Positions 46,525-56,453 of a stretch of 61,956 nucleotides of DNA are shown in pieces (position 1 is the first letter of the stretch; the number at the start of each line of letters is the position of its first letter). The notes beneath the pieces were generated by a model that made no database searches, had not been told where the DNA came from, and saw only the letters and a list, made by a program, of their open reading frames with translations. This stretch comes from an uncultured Candidatus Saccharibacteria bacterium (GTDB taxonomy: Bacteria > Patescibacteriota > Minisyncoccia > Minisyncoccales > GWA2-38-27), in assembly GCA_964394985.1 (NCBI GenBank), contig CAYMZK010000001.1, positions 1-61,956 of the forward strand, in the 5' to 3' direction. The position numbers and the translations under genes are program-made.

Positions 46525-47566
46525 TAATATTTTCTATTGAAAAGCTTCTTACTTTTTTACGGCCATTGGCAATAAAGCGATGAGCTAATTCTGGTTTTTT
46601 TAAGATATTAATAATAGCATCAGCCATCGCTTTGTAGTCTCCAACTGGGACTAAAATCCCACTTTCTTGATCATCAATAATTTCATCTGGACCGGAAGGA
46701 CAATCAGTAGCAACTGAAGGAATCCCACAAGCCAAGGATTCAATTAAGGTATTTGGTAACCCTTCCCACAAAGAAGAGAGAACAAAAACGCTAGAACGAG
46801 AAAGATATTTAAAAGGATTTTTTTGCCAGCCAAGAAAAAATACTTGATTTTCTAAATCTAATTCTTTAACTAGCTGTTTTAACTTCTTTTCTAGCTTTCC
46901 TTCTCCTAAAAGAAGTAGCTTCGCTCCTTTAATCTCATTAGCAACTATTCTGAAAGCTTTTAGTAAAGAAACATGATCTTTTTGCTTGTTAAAACGAGCA
47001 ACATTTACTATTACCGGTCCTTTAAACAAACTTTCATCCTCTACGCTATCTAAACACATTTTCTCTACTCTTTCAAGGTCTATTGGGTTATTAATCACTT
47101 CTATTTTATGAAAAGGAACATTAAAATCTTGGTTTAGAGAGTTTCTCGTTCCCATAGAATTGCTAAAAATTAAATCCGCCTTAGGATAAAGCCATTTAGT
47201 CAAGCCCTTGTTTAAAAAACCTAAAAAACCAAAAGAGTGCATTTGAGAAGGATTAACTCGTTCGCTAATATATTTTTTATGAGGTCCTTTAGACAAAATA
47301 TTGATATAGTTACTTCTACCCAAAAAACTAATAACTACATTTATTTTATTCTCTTCCACTACCTTTCTTAATTTATTCCAAGCTAAATATTTAGAATTTA
47401 GCTTAATCACCTCAACATCATCAGGAAGATCATAATAAATCTTATCTTCTAATAAGATTAAATAGAATTTTCTATTTTCTCTTGAAAGTTTATTTAACAA
47501 AAGACTAACCACCCTTTCAGCGCCTCCTCCGCCCATTGAATTAATTAAAAAAGCTACTTTAACCAT
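46490..47566 (-). CDS. GT4 glycosyltransferase
   Basis: GGGGAERV N-terminus and VFVLSSLWEGLPNTLIESLACGIPSVATD (EX7E region). Confidence 0.88.
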   Translation of the reverse strand: MVKVAFLINSMGGGGAERVVSLLLNKLSRENRKFYLILLEDKIYYDLPDDVEVIKLNSKYLAWNKLRKVVEENKINVVISFLGRSNYINILSKGPHKKYISERVNPSQMHSFGFLGFLNKGLTKWLYPKADLIFSNSMGTRNSLNQDFNVPFHKIEVINNPIDLERVEKMCLDSVEDESLFKGPVIVNVARFNKQKDHVSLLKAFRIVANEIKGAKLLLLGEGKLEKKLKQLVKELDLENQVFFLGWQKNPFKYLSRSSVFVLSSLWEGLPNTLIESLACGIPSVATDCPSGPDEIIDDQESGILVPVGDYKAMADAIINILKKPELAHRFIANGRKKVRSFSIENIIDQYEKIIPNN

Positions 47567-48405
47567 AATTTTATTTTAGTTAAAAATTGATAGAAATTAA
47601 CTCCAAATAAAGAAAGAAAATATAAACAATATTTTTTAGCTCTTAAAAAGCACTTTCTTGCTTTTTTAGGATAGCCTAAAAGCATATATCTAGTTCCATC
47701 ATATCTTAATTTTTCTTTATATAATTCTTTAGTATAGTACTTTTTATATTTATTATACAAATAATTCCAATCTTTTTCTCTTTCATTGATATCTAAGCTA
47801 ACACTGATATTTTTATGATTAGTATGATAAATAACTAAAGGCTCTCTTACAAAACCAAACTTATATCCTTGAGAAGCTAACTTAATTCTCATTTCTTTAT
47901 CTTGGCCACTTTTTAAATTTTCATCAAACAACTCCAGTTCATCAAAAACTTTTTTGCGATACATCATAATACTTCCCGGACCCATGTCGTCAGTCACTAA
48001 AATTCTTTTCAAAACATCTTTATATTTTGGAATCTGATATTCTTTTTTACCATCTATTAAATAATTACAACCAACAACATCAATATCTTTGTTTTTGTCT
48101 AAATAAGCAACTTGTTTTTCTAGTTTTTCTGGCAACCACTCATCATCATCGTCTAAAATAGCAATATATTCACCTTGAGCTAGTTTAATGCCGGCATTTT
48201 TCGGTCGAGCCGCTCCACCAGAATTATCTTGATAGATATATTTTACTTTATCAAAAGACTCGGCTATTTTTTTAGTATCATCGGTAGAGCCGTCATCAAC
48301 TACAATCAATTCAAAATCCCGATATGTTTGAGATAAAACACTTTTAATGGCTCTTTCAAGAAGTTTAGCCCTATTATATGTTGAAATAATAACTGATACC
48401 CTCAT
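47554..48405 (-). CDS. GT2 glycosyltransferase
   Basis: VSVIISTYNRAKLLERAIKSVLSQTY...ELIVVDDGSTDDT and the ILDDDDEW motif (DXD). Confidence 0.9.
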   Translation of the reverse strand: MRVSVIISTYNRAKLLERAIKSVLSQTYRDFELIVVDDGSTDDTKKIAESFDKVKYIYQDNSGGAARPKNAGIKLAQGEYIAILDDDDEWLPEKLEKQVAYLDKNKDIDVVGCNYLIDGKKEYQIPKYKDVLKRILVTDDMGPGSIMMYRKKVFDELELFDENLKSGQDKEMRIKLASQGYKFGFVREPLVIYHTNHKNISVSLDINEREKDWNYLYNKYKKYYTKELYKEKLRYDGTRYMLLGYPKKARKCFLRAKKYCLYFLSLFGVNFYQFLTKIKLWLK

Positions 48406-49558
48406 TTTCTAAAACACTAATTAAAGATTTTTTAAAACTTTTTGAAAAGCTATCTTGAGTGTACTTTAAAGATTCTTCGTAAGCCTTTCTGCTTTTTTCT
48501 TCGGTTTCTTTTAAAGAGATTTCCTTAATTTGTTCTTTTAAACTTTCTACTTCGATAAAGTACCCGAAATCAACACCAGATTCTTTAGTAACCACCGGAA
48601 TCAAGCCCCTTTTCATGCAAGTAATTACAGAAGTGCTCTCCCCCTCTCCGCAAGAAGGTAAAATTACATAAGCACACTCCTTGGTTAGTTCATGAAACTT
48701 TTTACCACTAGTCTCAACTCTGCCAATCCAATGAATATTTTTATTAAGATTATAAAAGTCTTTTAATTTCTTTTCCTTTAAAGCTGAACAAATGTATAAT
48801 TCTAAATCTGGTAACTGATTAAAGGCTTCTATCAAAAGATCTAATCCCCTTCTAATGCCATCGCTACTACTAAAATAAAAAAACTTTTTAGGATTCTTTT
48901 TGCCAAAAGATGACTTAATTTTAGGATTAGTCGAAGGATAAATTCGATAAATTGGTTTATTATAATCTTTATAAGTATCCTGACTAAAGCTATTACCTAT
49001 TTGGAAAATATAATCTGTATTTTTTTTAATCTTTTCGGTATCAAAATTTTCTAATTTAGAAAGAAGATGATTCTGTCCTGGATGTCTTTTTAAAAAATAC
49101 TTTTGTCTTTTTTTTAACGAATTATTATAAAAATTATGTTCTTGAATAACTGCGTAAAGAATTTTTACTGGTTTTTTTAAGCTATCAGCAATATCAGCAT
49201 AATGTCTTCCAGAATTGCCGCCGCCATTTCCAATAAAAAGATCGTATTTATCTTCTAGTTCAGGATTAATGTTTCTATCAACAACATCAACCCAAAAACC
49301 TAGGTGATTTAATATTTCTAAAATCCTTAATATTTCCCAATTATTAGTATGATAATATTTTTCAGCCAATCCTTTAAAGGCCAAGGGGTCTGTTTTGTAA
49401 TATAAAAGAGCGTGACCGATTTTCTTCTCACAATATTTATTATAATCAGTGACAATTTCTTTTTTAAAAATTCTGATTATTAAGTTGCTATACAATTTGT
49501 AAAAGATATTCATTAAATTTCTTGAAATTAATTTCAGGAGAGCAGTTATTATCAACAT
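48374..49558 (-). CDS. Putative GT-B glycosyltransferase
   Basis: C-terminal YVILPSCGEGESTSVITCMKRGLIPV resembles the GT4 EX7E region. The start may be at 49513. Confidence 0.55.
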   Translation of the reverse strand: MLIITALLKLISRNLMNIFYKLYSNLIIRIFKKEIVTDYNKYCEKKIGHALLYYKTDPLAFKGLAEKYYHTNNWEILRILEILNHLGFWVDVVDRNINPELEDKYDLFIGNGGGNSGRHYADIADSLKKPVKILYAVIQEHNFYNNSLKKRQKYFLKRHPGQNHLLSKLENFDTEKIKKNTDYIFQIGNSFSQDTYKDYNKPIYRIYPSTNPKIKSSFGKKNPKKFFYFSSSDGIRRGLDLLIEAFNQLPDLELYICSALKEKKLKDFYNLNKNIHWIGRVETSGKKFHELTKECAYVILPSCGEGESTSVITCMKRGLIPVVTKESGVDFGYFIEVESLKEQIKEISLKETEEKSRKAYEESLKYTQDSFSKSFKKSLISVLENEGISYYFNI

Positions 49559-50450
49559 ATTTCTCTAAATTGCCACTCATTTCTGACCTTAAGCCAGAAT
49601 TAACAATCAACTTCTCTAAGGCCCGATACCACCCCTCCCTAGAACCCACCAGCATTCCTGAATAATTATCTTTAATTATTTGACAATATGAAGGAGTAAA
49701 ATCAGCCACAATAGGAACCCCTAACTGAATAAAGGGATAAACTCTACCGGGATTATTAGAATACTTAAACCTAACTATATAGTCATATTTCTTTCTAACA
49801 TTAAATCCCTTAAAATGATAAATTGGCACTCTAGCCGGGATAATTCCAATATCAGAATTTCTAAATTCATCATAGTAGGCAGTTTCAGCCCATTGCAAAT
49901 GTTTAACTGGACACTTTTTAGGTAGTCCTCTTTCCCATTGACCATGACCTTTAATATTATACAAAGTGTAAAGCTCAATATTGTATTTCTCAATTAATTC
50001 ATCTAGAGCCCAAACAACATCTTTCATTTGCTCTAAATGCTTTTTATTGCCATGATAACCAATAATTATCTTTTCTTTATCTTTGTGCTCTTTTTCAATT
50101 CTTTTCATTTCTGGAAACATATAGTAAATGACAATGTTCTTGTTGTACTTCAAAAAGAACTCTCTTTGCTCAAGAGAGCTAACTAAAAGAAAATCGGCCG
50201 ATCTTACTTCCGGTTCTCTTTGAGGGGTAATTTTAGGGTCCATTAAGCCAACGGTAATATTCGGATTAATTTCTTTAGCTTTTCTAACTTGAGAATCAGG
50301 ACTCATAAACAAAACTAGATCATAGTTTTGATAATTATCCCAGTCATTTCTTGTAACCTCATAACCAGCATTCTGAAAACGAACGCTCAAATCCTCAACA
50401 CAAACACGCGAACCAGCCGAATTATAATTGGTATTAATTAGAATCTTCAT
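49488..50450 (-). CDS. Hypothetical protein, possible GT-B-like glycosyltransferase
   Basis: Two-Rossmann-like layout with GVPIVADFTPSYCQIIKDNYSGMLV near the C-terminus. The assignment is weak. Confidence 0.4.
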   Translation of the reverse strand: MKILINTNYNSAGSRVCVEDLSVRFQNAGYEVTRNDWDNYQNYDLVLFMSPDSQVRKAKEINPNITVGLMDPKITPQREPEVRSADFLLVSSLEQREFFLKYNKNIVIYYMFPEMKRIEKEHKDKEKIIIGYHGNKKHLEQMKDVVWALDELIEKYNIELYTLYNIKGHGQWERGLPKKCPVKHLQWAETAYYDEFRNSDIGIIPARVPIYHFKGFNVRKKYDYIVRFKYSNNPGRVYPFIQLGVPIVADFTPSYCQIIKDNYSGMLVGSREGWYRALEKLIVNSGLRSEMSGNLEKYVDNNCSPEINFKKFNEYLLQIV

Positions 50451-51198
50451 GATAAAAATGCAAATGTCCAGAAAAAGGAATATTTTCTTTAACCTCCCTA
50501 TTTTCTTCTATTGAATAACAAGAATAGCCTAAATTAAATAATAAAGAAACCAGTTCTTTTACTCGGTAGTGAGAGTTATCGCGATGACTTTCATGAATTT
50601 CTATAATCAAATCTGGAAGATTTTCTTTAATAGACCCGTAACAACCTTTAACAACCTCTAATTCCATGCCCTCAACATCCACCTTTATTAAGCTAGGAGC
50701 TGGCAAACCAAGATTGTCTAAGTTTTTTACAGTCACGTTTTTCATTTCAATATTTTTCTTTTCTTTATAATGCTCTTTCATTTCTTGATCGCAAGTAGAT
50801 CTAGCTAGGTTATCTGAAACAACCATCATTTCTAAAGAGCTTTCTTGATCACTAATACCAAAATTAAAAGCTTTGATTTTATCCTCTAAATTATTAATTT
50901 TAATATTCTTGATTAGCTGATCGTAGCAATAAGGATTAGGTTCAAAAGTATATACTTCTCCCTTATTTAAAAGCTTAGAAAATAACAAAGCATAAAAACC
51001 AAAGTGACCGCCAATATCAAAAATATTTCCGTCTTTAATGATCTTTTCAGTTTTACTAACAATATCTTTCTCAAAATCAGTAAAATATCTTTTATCTAAA
51101 TAACTACCATAAAAATACATTCCTTTTAAAGGGCCGTTTTTTATCTTTCTTTTTTTATTCTTATTTAAACCAAAAAATTCAAAAATTGCTTTTTTCAT
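50434..51198 (-). CDS. FkbM-family SAM-dependent methyltransferase
   Basis: FDIGGHFGFYALLF, VYTFEPNP and IKVDVEGMELEV. The start is placed at MKKAIFEF (51198). Confidence 0.85.
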   Translation of the reverse strand: MKKAIFEFFGLNKNKKRKIKNGPLKGMYFYGSYLDKRYFTDFEKDIVSKTEKIIKDGNIFDIGGHFGFYALLFSKLLNKGEVYTFEPNPYCYDQLIKNIKINNLEDKIKAFNFGISDQESSLEMMVVSDNLARSTCDQEMKEHYKEKKNIEMKNVTVKNLDNLGLPAPSLIKVDVEGMELEVVKGCYGSIKENLPDLIIEIHESHRDNSHYRVKELVSLLFNLGYSCYSIEENREVKENIPFSGHLHFYHEDSN

Positions 51199-51275
51199 AT
51201 TAATTAATAGTAGCATATTATAACTAAAAATTAAAGAAAAAAATCCGTTTAACACAAAAAGGTTAAATTAGCAAG

Positions 51276-52037
51276 TTATATCCGAGTTATTTTAACATTA
51301 GGCAAATTAGGGGCAAAAGAAGGAGAAGCGGTTATGAAATAAAAATTAACATCAGGACATTTTTTAGCTAAATTGGTAATGTAGTTTATCATTTTATCTT
51401 TAGCTTCAGTGGCTAAATTAGTTTCTTGAGGATTCAATGGTCCGGTCATATATGGCGTCTCATAAAAATCCATGCCAGCAACATAAACATTTTTCTTCTT
51501 TAGTCCAGCAGCGGCATAAGCAACTGCAATAACTCCGCTATTATTAGCTCCTTCCAAATAAGAAGCTAGCTCTTCGGGCAAAAGATCGGTTTTAAAACCA
51601 AACTTTTCAGTTCTATATATTTTTCTTGGTGAATAAATATCTTTGTCAGAGCCATTTGGCTTTAATCGAGAAATAATATATCGATAAATATTATATTTTA
51701 ATAAATACCAAAAAGGAAGCACCCCTTCACCAATATTAACCATATGAATAATCCTCTTCCCTTTTAGTAAAGATCTTACCGGTTCTGATTTTAATTCTTT
51801 AACCTCTGTATTTACAATCAAGAAGTCTTTAACAAAATCAAACTGATCGGCCTTGGCTAAAGAAACCCCTCTTCCCAAAACAACGATACTGTCACTTTTT
51901 CCCGCCTGTGACATATATTTCTTCTTTCGATAGTTTAAAACTACACCCATCAAAATCATTATTGGAAAAAGAATAATCTCAATAATGATTTTAATTATTT
52001 TTTTGAGTAATTTATGTTTTTTTACAAACTCTCTCAT
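51276..52037 (-). CDS. Membrane-anchored putative nonulosonate (sialyl-type) transferase, GT42/Cst-like
   Basis: IVVLGRGVSL...DFLIVN and SGVIAVAYAAAGLKKKNVYVAGMDFYETPY resemble Cst-II IIAGNGPSL...FRCN and SGVYMCAVAIALGYKEIYLSGIDFYQ. It lies adjacent to the NeuB-like gene. Confidence 0.45.
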   Translation of the reverse strand: MREFVKKHKLLKKIIKIIIEIILFPIMILMGVVLNYRKKKYMSQAGKSDSIVVLGRGVSLAKADQFDFVKDFLIVNTEVKELKSEPVRSLLKGKRIIHMVNIGEGVLPFWYLLKYNIYRYIISRLKPNGSDKDIYSPRKIYRTEKFGFKTDLLPEELASYLEGANNSGVIAVAYAAAGLKKKNVYVAGMDFYETPYMTGPLNPQETNLATEAKDKMINYITNLAKKCPDVNFYFITASPSFAPNLPNVKITRI

Positions 52038-52891
52038 TAGTATCCTCTTAATTTTTTCCTTACTTCTTTTTCTCCTTCAGTTACCACCCTATTACCGTCT
52101 CCTAAAAAATCATTTACGTCTTTGATTCTTTTTCTTAATAAATCCATGGCGTGAACTTCTAGACTAGCTTTTTGATCAGTTCCCCACATGTTATGATCAA
52201 GAGTAATGTGTCTTTCAACAATATTAGCTCCCAGAGCAACAGCACAAACTGAAGGCTCTAAATCATATTCATGACCACTATAACCAATAGAACAACCGTA
52301 TCTTCTCTTAAGAGCTTTGATGCAATTTAAATTTAATTCCTCGGAAGGAGCTGGATAACTAGAATTACAATGCATTAGGGCGTATTGAGCATTATATTTT
52401 TCTAATATTGCCACCGCATTATCAATTTCTTCTAAAGTGCTCATCCCGGTTGAAATTAATAACGGTCTTCCCGATTTAGCCGATTCAATTAATAATTCTT
52501 CTTCAGTTAATTTAGCTGAAGGAATTTTTATAAAAGGAATGTTGTAGTTTAGAATAAACTTCAAGCTCGGAATATCCCAAACAGAAGCTGTCCAATCAAT
52601 GGGCTTATCTTTACAGTACTTATCAATATAATCATATTCGGCTTTTCCAAACTCCATCTTCTTTTTATAATCTAAATAAGTCATTTGTCCCCAAGGCGTA
52701 GACTTGGGCTTATTCTTTTGATCTTCGGGAACACAAAGATCCGGTTCTTTTTTCTGAAACTTAACACAATCCCACTGACAACCGGAAGCAGCGTCAATTA
52801 ATTTCTTGGCAATATTAAGATCAGCATTATGATTAATACCAATATCACCAATTAAATATACTTTTTTACTTGAATTCTTAAAATCTAACAT
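52037..52891 (-). CDS. neuB: NeuB-family nonulosonic acid (sialic/KDN-type) synthase lacking the C-terminal SAF domain
   Basis: IGINHNADLNIAKKLID, VKFQK, ISTGMSTLEEID, LMHCNSSYP, GYSGHE and ERHITLD. At 284 aa it ends at the linker. Confidence 0.85.
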   Translation of the reverse strand: MLDFKNSSKKVYLIGDIGINHNADLNIAKKLIDAASGCQWDCVKFQKKEPDLCVPEDQKNKPKSTPWGQMTYLDYKKKMEFGKAEYDYIDKYCKDKPIDWTASVWDIPSLKFILNYNIPFIKIPSAKLTEEELLIESAKSGRPLLISTGMSTLEEIDNAVAILEKYNAQYALMHCNSSYPAPSEELNLNCIKALKRRYGCSIGYSGHEYDLEPSVCAVALGANIVERHITLDHNMWGTDQKASLEVHAMDLLRKRIKDVNDFLGDGNRVVTEGEKEVRKKLRGY

Positions 52892-52898
52892 AATGTCA

Positions 52899-53450
52899 CT
52901 ATCTTAATGCTAGAGTTGTTACATCTATATCTCTAGCTTCCAAAATCAAATTACACAAATCTCTAATAGCTCCATTTCCCCCCTCTCTTGGAGCGATATA
53001 ATCAGCAATCTTTTTGACCACTTCTTCTGCTTGATTAGGAACAGCAGCAAACCCAGCTTTTTTCAACATATTGTAATCAGATAAATCATCACCCATTATT
53101 GCTAATTCTTCCCAAGTAAGATTATTCTCTTTCAACCAATTATCTAAAGTTTCTACCTTGCCCTTTCCTTGTGGCCCGGTAAAAATTCCCATCTTGGCCC
53201 ACTTCCCTTCTTGAACTGAAGGAAGATTATTTAGCTTTTCACCAATCTTTTCTATAAAGCCAGTTTTTTCAGAACTAACAATAGCTACTTTAATACCAAT
53301 GGCTCTTAACAAGGAAATCCCTTGGCCATCAACATGACTTCTTTCTTTATACGCTTCTCCTTTTTCTGGATCAATAAAAACCCTTCCGGAGAAGAATACT
53401 CCGTCGCCATCAAAGGCAACTGCTTTAATGTTTTTTAATTTTTCATTCAT
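52899..53450 (-). CDS. KdsC/YrbI-family HAD phosphatase (3-deoxy-sugar-phosphate phosphatase)
   Basis: FDGDGVF, HVDGQGISLLR, GDDLSDYNMLKKAGFAAVPNQA and GGNGAIRDLCNLIL. Confidence 0.85.
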   Translation of the reverse strand: MNEKLKNIKAVAFDGDGVFFSGRVFIDPEKGEAYKERSHVDGQGISLLRAIGIKVAIVSSEKTGFIEKIGEKLNNLPSVQEGKWAKMGIFTGPQGKGKVETLDNWLKENNLTWEELAIMGDDLSDYNMLKKAGFAAVPNQAEEVVKKIADYIAPREGGNGAIRDLCNLILEARDIDVTTLALR

Positions 53451-54070
53451 ATTTTTTCTTATTTAATTTATTTTTTAATAATTGTTCCATTATTTGCCAA
53501 TCAGACTCTTCATCTAGTTCAAAATAAGTTTGTTCTGGCATCTCGTAAGTTGTCATTTTTCCGGAAAGTCGACATTTAGTTTCAAGCAAATTCTTTTTAG
53601 AGGTAATATAGAAAGCACCATTTTCGATTAAAAATCCGTCGAACTGTTGTCGCATCGGTCTTTTAATTGGATCGTAGTTAACTGGCTTTGCCTCTAGATC
53701 TTGTTCTTGCCAAATAAACCTTTTTTGTTTGACCACTGAGAGCAAACTATCACAATTTCCCTGAAAATACTTTTTAATTCCATTTTCTAAATGATCGCTC
53801 TCTAAAAGAGGTTGGAGCTAAGTCAGTAGCTGTTTCCTCTGATCTACTAATTACTTCTAATTTATCATTATTGATCTCATAAACTTTACTTTTAATTAAA
53901 TCTGAGTCAGTACTAATAAAGACCCTATCAATAGAAGGACAATTAAGCGCGCTTTCAATCACCCAAAAAGCCAGAGGCTTTCCAGCAATCTCTTTAATAT
54001 TTTTTAAAGGAATGCTCTTGCTATTTCCTCTTAAAGGTATAAAAGCAACTGTTTTTAATCCTTTTTCCAT
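53443..54070 (-). pseudogene. neuA: CMP-nonulosonate / acylneuraminate cytidylyltransferase (NeuA/KdsB fold), disrupted by a frameshift
   Basis: The N-terminal fragment (53774-54070: AFIPLRGNSKSIPLKNI...STDSD...ETATD) stops at 53774. The C-terminal part (LQPLLESDH...NGAFYI...ELDEESDW) is open in the +1 frame from 53817 to 53443. Confidence 0.75.
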
Positions 54071-55851
54071 GTTGTTGCCATTTCTTGAAATTGGCGGTTA
54101 TTTTCTAATAAATAATTATAATTTCCTTGAGCGATTATTCTACCTTTATCTAATAAGTATAAATTATCACAATGCTCTATTGTTTTCAAGCGGTGAGCAA
54201 CTATTATCATTGTTTTTAGTTTGGCAACATTATCTATTGCTTTTAAAACCGCTTTCTCGGTTAGATTATCCAAAGAACTAGTAGCCTCGTCAAAAACTAA
54301 TATTTCTGGATTATGATAAAGCGCTCTAGCAATACTAATTCTTTGTTTTTGCCCACCACTCAATCTAACTCCTCTTTCGCCAATAAAAGTATTGTAACCA
54401 GAGGGTAGTTCTTTTTCAATAAAGTCAGCAATATTAGCAATTTGAGCCACTCTTTTAATTTGATTCATATCTATTTGATCACTAGGAATTCCAAAAGCAA
54501 TGTTACAAGCAATAGTATTATCAGATAAATAAACTTGCTGCGGAACATAGCCAATGTTTTTTTGCCACCTTCTAATATTACTTCCATTTATTTCTTGATT
54601 ATCCACTTTAATACTGCCCCGACTCGGAGTAAAGAGTCCTAAAATTAAATCAATTAAAGTGGTTTTTCCTCCACCAGTTGCTCCAACAATACCAACCGAA
54701 GAACCTTTAGGAACTTCGAGGGTTATATCGATTAAAACATTTTCTTTTTTATTAGGGTAAATAAAGCAAACATTATTAAAAGAAATCTTTTTCTTAAAGG
54801 GGAGAGGCTCTACTTCTTCAATTAAATCAGTTTTTTCTTTAATATCATCATAAATCCTATTTAAAGTTGCTGTATTAAATTGAAAATGAGTAATAGAGCG
54901 AAAAATTTCCTGCAGGGCCGGCATTAGACGATAACCAGCAAAAACAAAAAAACTGACTATTGGGATAATTTCTTTGCCCGTTCCTCCCAAGCCCATTAAA
55001 ATCAAAATTAAAATAATCACTCCCCCAAAAGCCACTATTTCAATTACATAACGAGGAAGATTGACCACTATATAATTCCAAGCTTGCAGCTTAGAAAATA
55101 AAGAAGAATGGTAAGAAAATTTATCAAAGAAATAATTTTCCCTACCCAAGGCCTTGATATCTTTAATTCCTCCAATTGCCTCGCTAACAGAAGTAAAGCG
55201 TCCGGTATTAGCTTGAAAGCGCTTTTCTCCTCTTTCTTTTAAAGTTGCTTTTAAATAAGAAAAGGTTAATCCATAAAAAATCATAAAAAGAACAAAAGCC
55301 GACAGAGCCACCACTGGATTAACAACTATTAATATTATAAAAATAACTAAAACCATAATACTACTAGTAATTAAAGTCAACAATGGCATAAAGAAGCTAT
55401 TGGTAAGCTGTTCTACTTCTGAAAGAATGTTTTTTGTTAAATCCGAGCTGTGTTTGTCTAGAAAATAAGCATAAGGAAAAGAAAGATATTTTTTTAAAAG
55501 ATCTAAAGATAAGTTGTGATTTTTTTTCCAAACAAAACTAATTTTTAACCAAATAGATAGAGCGAAAATGAGGTTGCTAAATATGATCAATATTAAAACA
55601 AGAAGGCCAAGAAAAATAGTAAAAGAATAAGTAGTAGAAAAATTAAAAAGATTGTAAAAATAATTTAAGAAGTTGTTCTCAAAAATTAATTTTTGATCCA
55701 TCACTAAATTAGTAAATGGGATAATAGAGGCGATGCTCACAGTCTGAAGTAACGCCGAAAAAATAGCAATCATAACAATGCCCAAAAATTCTATCTTTTC
55801 TTTTCTATCAAAAAGACTACTTATTTTTTTTAAGATTGTGTAACCGACCAT
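54055..55851 (-). CDS. ABC exporter, fused TMD-NBD (MsbA/PglK-like)
   Basis: Six N-terminal TMs, GATGGGKTT, LSGGQKQRISIARAL and LVFDEATSSLD. Confidence 0.88.
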   Translation of the reverse strand: MVGYTILKKISSLFDRKEKIEFLGIVMIAIFSALLQTVSIASIIPFTNLVMDQKLIFENNFLNYFYNLFNFSTTYSFTIFLGLLVLILIIFSNLIFALSIWLKISFVWKKNHNLSLDLLKKYLSFPYAYFLDKHSSDLTKNILSEVEQLTNSFFMPLLTLITSSIMVLVIFIILIVVNPVVALSAFVLFMIFYGLTFSYLKATLKERGEKRFQANTGRFTSVSEAIGGIKDIKALGRENYFFDKFSYHSSLFSKLQAWNYIVVNLPRYVIEIVAFGGVIILILILMGLGGTGKEIIPIVSFFVFAGYRLMPALQEIFRSITHFQFNTATLNRIYDDIKEKTDLIEEVEPLPFKKKISFNNVCFIYPNKKENVLIDITLEVPKGSSVGIVGATGGGKTTLIDLILGLFTPSRGSIKVDNQEINGSNIRRWQKNIGYVPQQVYLSDNTIACNIAFGIPSDQIDMNQIKRVAQIANIADFIEKELPSGYNTFIGERGVRLSGGQKQRISIARALYHNPEILVFDEATSSLDNLTEKAVLKAIDNVAKLKTMIIVAHRLKTIEHCDNLYLLDKGRIIAQGNYNYLLENNRQFQEMATTWKKD

Positions 55852-56453
55852 ATTTCGCCAAAATTAATTTTATAATCCTCAATCCTTAACCCAGTTTCAT
55901 TTATTTCTTTTTTAAAACTCTCTAGAGTATATTCCGTAAAATGTCCATTATCAAGTCGCCACTCTACTCCCATTTCTTTTTTATACATAGCGATCCAACT
56001 TCTGTTAATCATTGGCACTCTAATTAAAATCTTTGGAGCTAAATTCTTTATTTTAGTTAAAAACTCTTTTCTATTTTCTATATGTTCTAAAACATTAGAA
56101 AGAATAATAACATCAAATTTTTTATCAGTTAAATCTTTGGTAACATCACCAACCAAATACTTTATATTGGAAGCATTATGCTTTTTAATAGCCACATCAA
56201 TGCTACTTTGAGAAAAATCAACTCCAATCACCTCTTTGGCTTTTTTAGAAACATCATAGGCCAACTCTCCCTTCCCGCAACCAACATCTAAAACTCTATC
56301 TTCCAAGCTTATGTTGTCCAAAAAGAATTGATGGTAATTAGTTAAACGATGTTTTGGATGAGTGCCACCCTCTACCTTTTTAGCAAAATAAGAAGCTAGC
56401 TGGTAAGAGCGATTATGAAGCTTTAAAATAAATTTTAAAATTAGTTTATTCAT
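55830..56453 (-). CDS. Class I SAM-dependent methyltransferase
   Basis: VLDVGCGKGELA motif I and the DVIILSNVLEH post-I region. Confidence 0.85.
   Translation of the reverse strand: MNKLILKFILKLHNRSYQLASYFAKKVEGGTHPKHRLTNYHQFFLDNISLEDRVLDVGCGKGELAYDVSKKAKEVIGVDFSQSSIDVAIKKHNASNIKYLVGDVTKDLTDKKFDVIILSNVLEHIENRKEFLTKIKNLAPKILIRVPMINRSWIAMYKKEMGVEWRLDNGHFTEYTLESFKKEINETGLRIEDYKINFGEIWSVTQS

Noticed and set aside
54012-54281. 89-aa plus-strand ORF across the neuA / ABC transporter junction
   Set aside because: It overlaps two well-supported minus-strand genes and has a low-complexity hydrophobic translation.
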